A stretch of 63,949 nucleotides of DNA, filler included, from Craspedostauros australis (GCA_030167865.1; 10 parts of 10 records of this genome joined end to end with filler, not necessarily neighbours in it); one strand, 5' to 3'. Positions 1-12,008 are shown, counted from the first letter of the whole stretch. Program-made: numbers and translations. The notes: a model not told the origin generated them from the sequence alone.

Positions 1-3000
1 AGATCATCTCCTCGTCCGTTGCATTCCAAGGCATCGACGCAGGGCAGTTCTGTATCCCAAGTCTTTGACCTGTCGTCACCAGCGTCAACAAAAGCGGCAT
101 CCAGCAGACCATCGTCCGTCCTCCATGACGCCGTCCTCACCTCCGGCAACGACTTCTACGATGACGGATACAACGAGGTCGAGCTAGACACGGAAGTTCC
201 ACACACTCTGTTTGATGACAGCGGTGCAGTGATGTTCGGTCGTGACAAAGAACTCGAGACGCTGCGCGCTGCCTTTGATCAGATGGTAGTGGCTGGCGAG
301 ACAGTCGGAAGAGACAGAAAAGCTCAGACCAGGTCACGACCCACCACGCCTGATGAGTTGGCAACTACATCTCCATCCGTCGGCAACACCTTGCTGCCAG
401 CTGTGTTCGTGTGGGGTATCAGCGGCACAGGAAAGTCCAAGCTGGTCGATACCTTCTGCGATCAGCTGCGTGATGATCTGACAAAGGAGAACAGGGAGAA
501 GGCGACGCTTGGCGGGCACCGCGACGTGCACATCCTGAAGGGCAAGTTCGAAGAGCATCAACAGGGCGATCCCTTCTCTGCCATCACCCAGGCGCTCTCG
601 AACTGGTGCAAGCAACTGGCTTCTGACAACAAGCCCTCAGGAGCTACAGTGAAAGATCAAACGTCGCCATCGGCATCGCCATCGCAAGTACAGGGAAACA
701 ATCCCAGTCAGATTGGTGCGACGAACAACGAAGAAGGGATCAAGGAGAGAACAACCACAGTCAACCCTCTCCTGCAACAACTTCGAACCAACATCAAGTC
801 CAGCCTCCTCACGTCCCAACAAAGAAGCCTACTCCTCACCTTCGTGCCATCATTGTCCATCTTCTTTGACGATGGTGACAGTGACAACGCTTCCCTCGTC
901 TCTTCGAGCTTGCATCAGATCAACTCTACCTCCAATGCACAATTCAATACGCCGCAGGTTTCATCCACAGACACATCGTGGAATCGATTTCAATACACTT
1001 TCACACAGTTCTTGGGCGCTGTGTCATCGAAGGATTGTCCTGTCGTGATGGTGCTGGATGACTTGCAATGGGCATCCCAAGAATGCATGGAGCTAATGTC
1101 GTCAATTGTACATCGCTCGCACTTTTTGTGGATCGGGACCATCCGACAGGAAGTCAATCCTCATTCACCTGATGAAGTACTGGAATTAGAAGTCGACGTG
1201 CCGTTCCGCAAGCTCCTGGCGGACATCAACTTGAACAACCCTGCCAACAGCAACGCCGACAACAAACATGGAGTCCTCGACAAAGCAACAGCAACGCCCG
1301 CGTACACCGACATCCACCTCAACAACTTCGACAAGCAACAGCTGCGTGATTGGGTATCAGAGCTGTTCCAACAAGACGACGACGTCGCGGACGAGGTGAC
1401 CAACCTGCTTTTCAGACAAACAGATGGTAACATCTTCCACACAGTCCAGCTTCTAGAAGACATGGAGCGAAGCAAGGTCCTGGTGTACAGCCGTATCACC
1501 TTCCAGTGGGAGATGAATACTGCCGCTGGTGCCTCCACTGGTGCCTCTTCCAATATCCAAGGTGACATCAACAGCGGTACCTCCACAACGCAGCTCGGTG
1601 GCTACTCGTACGGTGGATCCAGCAATATCATTCAACTCATCTCCTCGAAGCTGCGGTCTTTGCCTACTCCGTTGCAAAAAGCACTTGTCTTGGCATCGTA
1701 CATCCGATCCTCGTTCGAATTGGAGCTGTTGCAGGTCGTGTGGGACTATGAACAACGTCACAGCCCTACCAATGACGACATCCTCGGTGGAAATGGCAGC
1801 ACCAACGATAGCCGCCGCCGCAGCAGCAGCAACAACAGCGACAACAACACCAGTCACAACAACGATCCAAAGAAACCACTTGTAGAATGGCTGGAGCAGG
1901 CCGTCCTTGAAGGTCTGCTCGCCAACTCCATCGGAGGCACAAGTTACCGTTTCAGCCACGATCGAATCCAGCAGGCTTCACGCGAGCTGGTTCCATTCGG
2001 GGAGGTGCGCACGATGCTTCGGCTGCGCATTGGGCAATGTCTGTGGAATATCTGCACAGCCAGCACAGACATCACAAACGAGCAAAGTCACCATCTTCCG
2101 AACAAGACATCCGATGGCAAGGCAGTGGGTGGCGACAGCGGCCTGCTCTTCATCGCGGCTGACCATCTCAATTGCACCCCGAGCAAGGATCATCTATTAT
2201 CGGCACAACGAAACCTCGTGGTCGGCGAGCACGCTCTGCACATGTCGGCAATGGCACCCGCCGCGATGTACCTCCAACTGGCGAACACATCGCTTCGGAA
2301 GTTGCGGGGCGACCCGTGGCAGAACGACTACGATCTGACCTTGCGGCTGCTCCGTGCTCGATGTGACGTTGAGCTCGCGCTGAACCGATATGACCTTGGC
2401 TACTCCTTGAGCGATGAGCTACTGGAGCATGCACGGTCGCTGGATGACAAGCTCCCGACATACGCAGCAGTGGCGAATGCTCTCGGAAAGCAGAACGACC
2501 CCAAAAGGAGCTTGGAGCTGAATCAACGCTGCGCGTCGTTGTGTGGGGCACACCCCAAGCGCGCCTACGCCTTCCACATTGCACTGGGGTTGGTATCTGC
2601 ACGAGTCTACTTTCGACGCACGAGTGATGAAGACTTCTTTCGGCAGAATCCCGTGACCACGTCCCCACGGGTAATTCTATCGATGGTGTTTTTGCGGCAA
2701 GCCACTATTCGTGGATTCGAATGCAACGATGCGACAGCATGGATCCTTGCAACGGTGAAGATGGTCCATATCACAAGACAGCACGGAATTTGCGAAGAGA
2801 CTTCCACTGCTCTCACCTGCTTTGCTTTGCTCCATCAAGTTCTCGGTGACACCGAAAATGCACGAAGGTACACAGAGCTGGCAAAAGAAGTCCTTCGCAG
2901 GATAGGTGGAGACAAAAAGAGGGAAGGCTGGACGCACTATATCGCCACAACGCACGTCGACGCTTACTTCAAGCCATCCCAGGAGGTGGCACAAGCATTT

Positions 3001-3833
3001 CACTTTGCTCATGAGGCAGCCATGAGGGTAGGAGACTTCGAGCTTGGTTTTTTATCCTGGCATGGTTTCTTGGTGAATGCATTCTTTGGAGGATATCCAC
3101 TTGACGCGCTGGCTTCAGCTGCAGCCTCATTGTTGGAACAAATGAAGCGATACAAAATTGCCGCGCACAGAGGTATGATCGTTGAAGTTAGCAAAGCGTA
3201 CGGATACATGAGCGGCACCCTTCCTCTGGATTGGGAGGAGCTGATGGATCTCGACAAATGTGACGACTTGGAACCATATGCTCGCATTGCCACATATTGG
3301 ACAAGACTCCACGCTATGGTATTCTTTGGCAAGTATGAATGCGCAGAAAGAGTCTACACTTTGTGGAAAAAGTACGGCATGGATCAGCCCAGCTATGATT
3401 TGGCAACAGCAACACCAGTACTGAGTGGTATGCTGGCTTCGAACCGATACAGACAAACGAAAAAGACAAGATACCTCAGGATACTTTCACAGAACAAGCG
3501 AAAGCTCAAACACATTTGCAAAACCAAAGGCAACAGCGCATATCATCGGTACTTGATTCTTCGGGCAGAGACGAAATCAATCAGGGTGGGAACGGCTGAC
3601 CACCATGCTGTTGCATCATGCTACGATGAGGCCATCGCCCGGGCCGACGCTGAGAACAACCTTCAGGAGGCAGGGTATGCGTGTGAACTTGCGGGCAACC
3701 ACTTTCTGGGAGTAGGCAGCGACTCCCAAGAGAATCACGACGCATATATTCGTCAATACTTCACGAAGGCGTTGGGCTTCTACGAGTCCTGTTGCGCGAC
3801 AGCCAAGTGCACAGATGTCCGTGCAAGGCATGC
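1..3833 (+). CDS. STAND-class P-loop NTPase (AAA_16 / COG3899-like) with C-terminal TPR-like helical region; partial at both ends
   Basis: Frame open from base 1 to the spacer at 3834 (first ATG at 232). Motifs: FGRDKE, Walker A GISGTGKS (415-438), GKFEE, Walker B VVMVLDDLQWA (from 1042), GNIFH (1426), YRFSHDRIQQA (~1945-1977), then helical repeats ending ALGFYESCCATAK. Confidence 0.85.
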
Positions 3834-3933
3834 NNNNNNNNNNNNNNNNNNNNNNNNNNNNNNNNNNNNNNNNNNNNTTAATTAATTAANNNNNNNNNNN
3901 NNNNNNNNNNNNNNNNNNNNNNNNNNNNNNNNN
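3834..3933. other. Artificial contig spacer (N44-TTAATTAATTAA-N44)
   Basis: Exactly 100 bp with a six-frame stop linker; identical at all nine junctions. Confidence 0.98.
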
Positions 3934-4718
3934 CCTGTCTCACCGTGTCATTGGGATTCACGATCTCACAATTCGATGCGAAGCCTCTGTTCGCCACAAT
4001 TTCCATCCGATAATTCTGCCACCAACAACGATGGTCGATGGGCCTGCTCCATGATTCCTCACATCAAAGAAGAGAAGGCACGCCAATTCATGTGGAGATG
4101 AATCAACAGCCGCCATGTCTGCCCATGGTAGACAGATCATCACTATGTTCCTTCTTCTGTGACTGATTCACATCGTTACGCTGATGTCTCCGAGTCTTCC
4201 ATGATTGCAGTCCTCACAAAATCCAACATCTCCTCTTAGCACACCAACAACAATACAAACATTGCCACAGACAGCATACTATACTCCACTCTCTGCACTT
4301 CTGCTTACTCTCCACGAAACCCACTCACCATGACTCCCAGCACCAGCAGCACTGCCAGCTCCACCAGCACCAGCGCACGCTTCGTGAGCTTCGCGGAGAG
4401 TCAGAACGTAGTCATCGACATCGAATCCAGAAGTTCGTACACTGACGACGAGAAGCAACAGCTCTGGTTTTCCAAACGCGAATTGGCCAAGCTGCAGAAG
4501 AAAGACAATCGTCTGCTGTGCCGAGTCGCCCGTGACGAGACCACACATGCCACCATGGCGAAGGCAAGAGCAATCGGTGCCTCCGAATTGCGCACGCCCG
4601 ATCCAGCGGGCAATGGGCCATTGCCGACAGATACTGCAAGCACAATCACTACTATTGCTGCCGCCGACGACTGCCTGAGAGGATTGGAATCTCGATCTCC
4701 GGCAGCCGCGCTGCAACG
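3934..4718 (+). repeat. 785-bp segment present three times (3934-4718 +, 9896-10680 +, 30640-31424 -)
   Basis: Both + copies start cctgtctcaccgtgtc at contig starts and first differ at 4719 (C) vs 10681 (T). The - copy ends at the spacer exactly at the last shared base. Confidence 0.93.
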
Positions 4719-5103
4719 CAAGGTGGTCATGGTGCAAGTCATCCAGACCGTTCTGGATGTGCAGCGTCAGCAATGGATCTCAGGCATTCACGACGATGTG
4801 TCCGTAGCGCGTGCAAGTCGCGATCTCTCCCGCAGCTGCAGACGCCAAGCACGCAATCGGGCCAAGGCAGATGAAGCAGGTATTCCGGAAGTTGTCGCGA
4901 TGAACAAGGCAAAGAAACGACGAGCGATGGAGAAGAAGTTGAAAGCGCAAGCGGCGAAGAGCGCGGCGGAGGCAGCAGCATTGCAGAAGCAGTCGGCGAA
5001 GCCACTTACGAGTGCGTTCACATCATCCAAGATCCGCAAGATGCTCAGCAAGGCGCTGCGGCGGCAACGGATCTTCACGCAGCATGCAGTCGATCGATCG
5101 TAA
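4330..5103 (+). CDS. Uncharacterised diatom-type protein (VSF...LWFS...CLRGLE...VLDVQ motif family), 257 aa, copy A
   Basis: Intact ATG-TAA ORF with motifs RFVSFAES, LWFSKREL, DDCLRGLE, VLDVQRQQW, ARNRAKADE. The indel versus copy B preserves the frame. Confidence 0.8.
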   Translation: MTPSTSSTASSTSTSARFVSFAESQNVVIDIESRSSYTDDEKQQLWFSKRELAKLQKKDNRLLCRVARDETTHATMAKARAIGASELRTPDPAGNGPLPTDTASTITTIAAADDCLRGLESRSPAAALQRKVVMVQVIQTVLDVQRQQWISGIHDDVSVARASRDLSRSCRRQARNRAKADEAGIPEVVAMNKAKKRRAMEKKLKAQAAKSAAEAAALQKQSAKPLTSAFTSSKIRKMLSKALRRQRIFTQHAVDRS

Positions 5104-5261
5104 TCCTGCTTTCGATAGAAACGAAGTGTAAAGTCTACGGTAACTGAATGCTGGTATGCATACCTCTAATTCTTTGGACTTCACATCGCAGACACTGCTA
5201 CTCTGTTTCTATTCTGTTGTTGGCACAGGACGAGGAGTTCGATTCAGTCCTTACTTTAGAG

Positions 5262-7430
5262 TCACGTCCGTTGGCAGAACGTCAGCCCATCATCATCCGG
5301 TAAGGATATCCAAAGCCCGACGGCCGTCCAAGCAGCAATCGAGATGATGCTGAGAAGGTAGCTCGGAAGGTACACCTTCGCGACCACTGCCGCCGTGTCG
5401 GCGAGCTTGTCGTTCGATTTGAGAATGACGACGACGATCAGCGCCCCCGGTAGGCAGGAGTTGAGGATCAGGACGAGCTTCACCAGATGCGGCACGCCGG
5501 ACAGCAGGCTCGTGCCGCAGTCCAGGGCGATGGTGATGCCGACGACGATGAGTGGTGTGATGACCAACCGGCTGATGTTGAACCACAGGTGCAGCTTTCT
5601 CCATTCGGGGGACGGCCTGGATTGCATGACCTTCTTTGCGCTCTGGAGCAGGTGGTGAGAGTTCGCCGTGATCGATTGCCGCAACCTGACCAACGACGAC
5701 CGTCTCCGTCTTCTCTGGATCAGTTGCCCCTGCGGACCGAAGTTGGGGTCTGTCATGGCTGGGTTTTCGTTGTTCGTGTGCAGTTCTGCGCCATCGTCGT
5801 CGTTATTGGATCTGTCGTCTTCGCGCAGTGCATCCGGCGACACAGCTGGCGGTGGCGAGATGCTGGCAGCAACCACGAGGGTGGAGAGGACGGGCGAGAC
5901 TGATCCCATAGACTCAACTGCCGACCCCAAGAATCGCAGCGGCCCACCCGAATCGAACAGCGCCTTCTGCAACGGCGGGATGCACGCAGTGATGAAGCCA
6001 GCCATCATGGCAAGGAAGCCAGGCGACGACACTGTTTGGATCAGCGCTCGGTACATGTTGCGACAGACTTCGCATCTTGCTGTTGATTCTGCCGGCGTGG
6101 CGGGGCTGGGCGTTGTTGGTGGCAATCGTGTTGACCCGTGGTGTACAATTACGATCCTTGCTGCATCGTGCTGAGATGGAGCTGTTGGCTTAGATACAAA
6201 TTCATTGGTGCCACTCATACTGTTCTCTTCTTTGATCATTCGACCAGTCTCTCCTCTTGAATCGCTGGCATCGTTTGTGCCTTGTTGATCTTTCACCTCC
6301 AATTCAGCATGCACCTTGCCGTTGCCCAGATTGCTATCCGCAGATTCACGTTCTGAGTCTGCCGAAAGCGGCGATGCGGCGTTCCTGGAACCAGCCATGC
6401 TTGTTGCATCAAGTTGGTCCACCTGCTGCTCTCCCGACTGTTCGAGATCGGAAGACGGCGTACCATCGGTCAGCGACGCTTCGTGGTGGGATCCATGGGA
6501 ACCTTGATTGAATGTCGAATCATGAGGCGTATCCTGATGCTGACTGCTGTCTTGATCCTCGCTCAAGTTGAGCGAATCATCGGGCCATCGTTGGGATGAT
6601 GCATCGTCTTTCGGAGTTGCGGCAGCGATGAGCTGCGGCTGTCCCATCGACCAGAACAGGAAGCTCCATACAAAGAAGTAGAGGAATACCATCGTGTTTG
6701 CCGTTGAAGCGCATATCTCCTCGTAATCAACATCCTCCGACGCACTGCCATCCATCACGCCGTCGCTGCTGCTGCCATCGCCGTGATCTCCAAAGTACCC
6801 TTCGGCCACGACGGAGTATTCGCAAAGGCTGGGGAAGATCAGGATGGGCAATGCTACGATGTTTGGGAATGTCGCAGATATGCGGAGCGCATTGAAGTCT
6901 CTGGCGTTGGTGATTGGCACAATCCACTTCCCAATCACGGTGGCGACCGTGTAGCTGATGCCGATGACGGCAACACCTCCGACCAGCACAAACCAGTACT
7001 CGCCGAGGCTGTCGTAAGTGACGGAGATAGCGATTGTAGAATAGACCAAGGATAGGGTGAAGACGTTGAACGACAACCTTGCAACTATGCCGACGGTGGA
7101 CCTTGGCAGCAGGGGCAACGATTTGGGATCTGCGTGGGAAATGAGCGTGTCGTAAGGCGTCGGGACAGTACTTATGTGATATACCAGCAATTCAGAGAGA
7201 TCGGGCCAAATTTGATTGCGTTGCGCAGCGTGAGAAGGATGATATGAGAGGATAAAGCAGGCTTGGCGTGTCATTCTGCATGAGGATGTAGCATAGCGTT
7301 GGGGCCAGTACGACTATGGTGAGTGTGGTAACTTACAATGCACTGCAAGGTAACCCGCCGATCCAATGAGGTATACCTTTGCCACCGATTGTGCCGATGC
7401 AATAATCACTGATACGAACGCGTTCGTCAT
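5262..7430 (-). CDS. Auxin efflux carrier / PIN-LIKES-family (Mem_trans) transporter, 2 exons (7430-7337, 7129-5262), 653 aa
   Basis: Exon 1 reads MTNAFVSVIIASAQSVAKVYLIGSAGYLAVH. Donor GTAAGT at 7336, acceptor CAG at 7132-7130, phases match (VH-Y-PKSLPLLP). Two hydrophobic helix bundles flank a long acidic loop; motifs TFPNIVALP, IPPLQKALF, GPLRFLGSA, LPGALIV. Confidence 0.82.
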
Positions 7431-8339
7431 GGCTTCGATGCATGTAGAGTATTACAGATACGAATATGAGTGCTCACAGTATCTCGCAAGTCAAGGTCTG
7501 CGTCTCCTTTGCTGGTATCCTTTGCGTGCGCCTTGCGACCCTCTGTGCAGAGCAAAGGGAGCTGCTTCTGGGTGTCGTTTGTGAGTCTCAATCCTCGTCC
7601 CACATACGCAATTCCATGTGCTGGGAAATGTGTGAGCAGAGTCTCTCTTGTCGTGTGCACTGCGTGATGTTCTCCGCACTAACAGGGCACCCTCGCTGAT
7701 TGCAAACGAGCAGTTGAAGGGTCCGCGATGGGGCTCACAACGCCTTCGCAATGAACAAACGAGAAGCCAGACCTTTGCGTTGTGCGTGTGAGGGGGGTAA
7801 GCGGAATACTCGTACTCGTACTTGTGCGCGCACGCGTGGAGGTGGATGAACGGACATACAATTCCGAATCCTCGGGACGAGCTGTGTTAGGAATTCATGG
7901 ATGATGCGAGCCTTGTCGCAATGCTGATGCGGTCGTCCCTGACTGCTCGACGAGAGTGGCGTATGGGACAACTGCTCATCGCAAGGAGGAAGATGAATGA
8001 TGGCTTTCCGGATTTGGTGGCGAGACTGAAGTCTGTCCCCCTTCCACGATTGCTGTCTTCATGATGCCACTTCGATCAGACCATGATGTGGAGGGAGCGC
8101 CACAAAAAAGTAGAGAAACAGCAGTACGAGGATGACGTACACACTCGTAAGTGTAGTCGTATGGTGCGCTTCTTGGGAAGCTGAGTCACCGCCCACTGCC
8201 ATCAACACTCGACGCCATCGTGGATGTCCATGGTGATGGGTGCGTGTGTCCACGCTCGCGGTTCGTTTTTGTGTGGTTCCCATCGTCGCATTTTTGTTCG
8301 GTTGGCGGATGGAAAATGTGGTGAGTTTCACGCGTTTTT

Positions 8340-8357
8340 GTGACGTGGTTACGTCAC
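8340..8357. promoter_or_regulatory. Inverted pair of TGACGT (bZIP-type) motifs: GTGACGT-GGTT-ACGTCAC
   Basis: Perfect 7-bp inverted repeat with 4-bp spacer in intergenic DNA. Function is inferred only. Confidence 0.35.
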
Positions 8358-9534
8358 GAAAGTGATCATCTTGGTCGACTCACGCCATCCCAAGTCACGA
8401 GAAAGTCCGATAACCAAGTACCATTGACGATCATGGTCGGTAGAGGTAATATGATGGAATGATTTTAGTCCGTTTATATTTCATGTGTCCGACGCATCTC
8501 GATCCTGTCGAAACGGTTGAAAGGTCTGCTGCGGTAACAAAAGCTCATTCCGCCCTTGACTTATTCGCGTGATCAAAACCAACGACGAAACTTGTGATGA
8601 CTTCGCGTGGTTCAGTTGGCAGTAAACATTTGATCCTTGGTTTGGTTCGTTCATGGGAGAAGCAGGATTAGAACGGTGATGGAGGAAGCGACGTTCTCTG
8701 TGTGCGTGTGTTTGTGTGCGTGTGTTTGCGTTTGGATAACATCCCGCGAGTACAGAGGCTGGTATTGGGGGCAGCATGCCACGTGTTGCGATAATGTGAT
8801 TGTTGAGATGTTTGCATGCAGGTTCGACCTGCGCCTCCCTTCGGGAAAGGGCATGGGTCTGAGTACAACTATGCTGGCCACGAGCGCACAGACGGAAACA
8901 TTGAAGCATCACGAAAACTGAGTCTAATTGAACATTGGGTGGAGTACTCGTAGAGTAGAGTACATAATCTGCACTTTGGTGTGGCCGTTGCCAATACTCA
9001 ACGACAGCCGGGATCACGCTGTCTCCTGCGTCACCCCAACAGAGAACTAGACGCGCGTGAATAACTGCCACTGTGCAGTAGAATGTGAGTATGGTGTGGT
9101 AGAGCATTTGTCGATCCCCCGTTGCGCGGCTCATTTGCGCTATCGCGTACTTATCTTCCCTGCAAGCGATCCTATGCGGACGAACCAATGAGAGTGATCT
9201 CACCAGAGTGCGAATCAACACACAGGAGGGTGGGCGCAGAGGTCTCGGATGAACCTACTCGTAGATGGTCTGTGCACCCTCTGGAGTTGCTCGTATGGGA
9301 CGAGGAGATTCGGAGAGCGGATGGGTCAATGCTGGTTCCGATGAAGATTCGGCTTGACCAACTGGTTCGCGGGTTCAAAGGCTCGCCTTGTAATGAAAGG
9401 GATACACTCAGGCATGAAAACAAGGTCAAAAGTACTCTCCAGAACAAGAGCAAGAACAAGAGCAAGATCGAGAGGTTATTTACATACAGCAACACAAAAA
9501 TGAGTCCGAAGTGGTGCGATGCCATGAACATTCA

Positions 9535-9579
9535 TGGACAACCACGTGGACAACCACGTGGACAACCACGTGGACAACC
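9535..9579 (+). repeat. 12-bp tandem repeat (TGGACAACCACG) x3.7
   Basis: Read directly; a 10-bp ATGTTTGGCG x3 repeat follows at ~9657-9687. Confidence 0.9.
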
Positions 9580-9795
9580 CATGTGCATTCAACAAATTGT
9601 AAGCGATGGTCAACGCGGTCAGCGATTGCCTAGTGCCTCAAAGAGCCGGACCCAAATGTTTGGCGATGTTTGGCGATGTTTGGCGATGATTGGCTACAGA
9701 TTTTGGACCCATTTTTCCCAAACTCAGACTTAAAGTTATAGACACTCAATCGAATATCTCTTTGCATCTACCTAAACTTAAGACTCAGGGCTATC

Positions 9796-9895
9796 NNNNN
9801 NNNNNNNNNNNNNNNNNNNNNNNNNNNNNNNNNNNNNNNTTAATTAATTAANNNNNNNNNNNNNNNNNNNNNNNNNNNNNNNNNNNNNNNNNNNN
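9796..9895. other. Artificial contig spacer
   Basis: N44-TTAATTAATTAA-N44. Confidence 0.98.
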
Positions 9896-10291
9896 CCTGT
9901 CTCACCGTGTCATTGGGATTCACGATCTCACAATTCGATGCGAAGCCTCTGTTCGCCACAATTTCCATCCGATAATTCTGCCACCAACAACGATGGTCGA
10001 TGGGCCTGCTCCATGATTCCTCACATCAAAGAAGAGAAGGCACGCCAATTCATGTGGAGATGAATCAACAGCCGCCATGTCTGCCCATGGTAGACAGATC
10101 ATCACTATGTTCCTTCTTCTGTGACTGATTCACATCGTTACGCTGATGTCTCCGAGTCTTCCATGATTGCAGTCCTCACAAAATCCAACATCTCCTCTTA
10201 GCACACCAACAACAATACAAACATTGCCACAGACAGCATACTATACTCCACTCTCTGCACTTCTGCTTACTCTCCACGAAACCCACTCACC

Positions 10292-11056
10292 ATGACTCCC
10301 AGCACCAGCAGCACTGCCAGCTCCACCAGCACCAGCGCACGCTTCGTGAGCTTCGCGGAGAGTCAGAACGTAGTCATCGACATCGAATCCAGAAGTTCGT
10401 ACACTGACGACGAGAAGCAACAGCTCTGGTTTTCCAAACGCGAATTGGCCAAGCTGCAGAAGAAAGACAATCGTCTGCTGTGCCGAGTCGCCCGTGACGA
10501 GACCACACATGCCACCATGGCGAAGGCAAGAGCAATCGGTGCCTCCGAATTGCGCACGCCCGATCCAGCGGGCAATGGGCCATTGCCGACAGATACTGCA
10601 AGCACAATCACTACTATTGCTGCCGCCGACGACTGCCTGAGAGGATTGGAATCTCGATCTCCGGCAGCCGCGCTGCAACGTAAGATGGTCATGGTGCATG
10701 TCATCCAGACCGTTCTGGATGTGCAGCGTCAGCAATGGATCTCAGGCATTCATGACGATGTGTCTGTAGCGCGTGCAAGTCGCGATCTCTCCCGCAGCTG
10801 CAGACGTCAAGCACGCAATCGGGCCAAGGCAGATGAAGCAGGTATTCCGGAAGTTGTCGCAATGAACAAGGCAAAGAAACGACGAGCGATGGAGAAGAAG
10901 TTGAAAGCGCAAGCGGCAAAGAGCGCGGCAGCATTGCAGAAGCAGACAACGAAGCCACTTACGAGTGCATTCACGTCATCCAAGATCCGCAAGATGCTCA
11001 GCAAGGCGCTGCGACGGCAACGGATCTTCACGCAGCATGCAGTCGATCGATCGTAA
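10292..11056 (+). CDS. Uncharacterised CxRGLE-motif protein, 254 aa, copy B
   Basis: Identical to copy A up to 10680, then SNPs (KVVMVQ vs KMVMVH; QSAK vs QTTK) and a 9-bp in-frame deletion. The 3' flank differs. Confidence 0.8.
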   Translation: MTPSTSSTASSTSTSARFVSFAESQNVVIDIESRSSYTDDEKQQLWFSKRELAKLQKKDNRLLCRVARDETTHATMAKARAIGASELRTPDPAGNGPLPTDTASTITTIAAADDCLRGLESRSPAAALQRKMVMVHVIQTVLDVQRQQWISGIHDDVSVARASRDLSRSCRRQARNRAKADEAGIPEVVAMNKAKKRRAMEKKLKAQAAKSAAALQKQTTKPLTSAFTSSKIRKMLSKALRRQRIFTQHAVDRS

Positions 11057-12008
11057 TCCTACTAATAGAATAGAAACGAAATGTAAATTCTGCAGACGCT
11101 GAAGATGCCAATTTTTGGAAAGACTGTAACGTCGAATCCGTTGCGTCACACAGAGCTTGGGGATCTTTAGGTCCAAAACAGAAGCAAGACGAAGCAAGTC
11201 CACTCCGGTAGAAAATCGAGATGTGTTTGCACTTTGACCAGTACGACTACATGACATGTGAACAACAATTGTTCCCGAATCTATGACTGATATGTGTCGT
11301 ATAAGACATGAGGCGCGCACATCTTTGTAAACACCACGTCTTGGGAATGTCGCATTTCTGACCAAACTTCTGTCCGCGCGCAAAGTTCAATTTCGCCTCG
11401 AAAACGAAATTGTTCTTCGTGACAACTGGTGGATCCGTTTGTGCCCAAGGATTGTTCGCCTCTTCAACACCTTCTCGTGTTTGTGCGACAGCTCCGCGCG
11501 ATAGCCTTGGTCATTCGTCCTCAACCGCCCCAGAAGCTGCCGATCGTTCCACCCGCCATGCTCGAGGCCGACCACTTTGGAGGTTGCCATAAATTGATTG
11601 TGCCAATCCATTATCGTGCGATACAACAACTTGATCACGTGAGTGGCGAACAAGGGAATCGGTCGGCTTGGATATCATCATGTTGCATGGGGATGCCGAT
11701 GGCGCGTCTTTCGCTTGATGCTGACCAGTGGTTGGTGTGCTGTCGAGAGTGGTGGCGTTTGGATCTTTGATCTGATTATGTGCATGATATCATATCTTTC
11801 TCCGTGTGTCGTCATCTCATGTGACATCCCTGCGCTTCGACCCTGCGACGCTTGGTCGGCGATCGTCGCAACGATGACTCCATCTCTCACACGCCGCCGT
11901 TGCCTCGACGATCTGGATCAACGTCCATGTGCCATACGTACCATACGTACCATACATACTCGTATAGCAGGCGCCAACAGAACAATCCATCAAGCATCCC
12001 GATTCATC

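Noticed and set aside
3878..3889. Recurring TTAATTAATTAA palindrome as a biological repeat or regulatory site
   Set aside because: Always centred in exactly 44+44 Ns; it is an artificial six-frame stop linker.
11643..12008. N-terminal extensions in the ORF track (also 15218-15463, 18618-18791, 40833-41108, 7130-7274)
   Set aside because: They run through UTR, microsatellite or intron sequence, mostly from non-ATG starts. Other ATGs give proper targeting peptides or spliced first exons.
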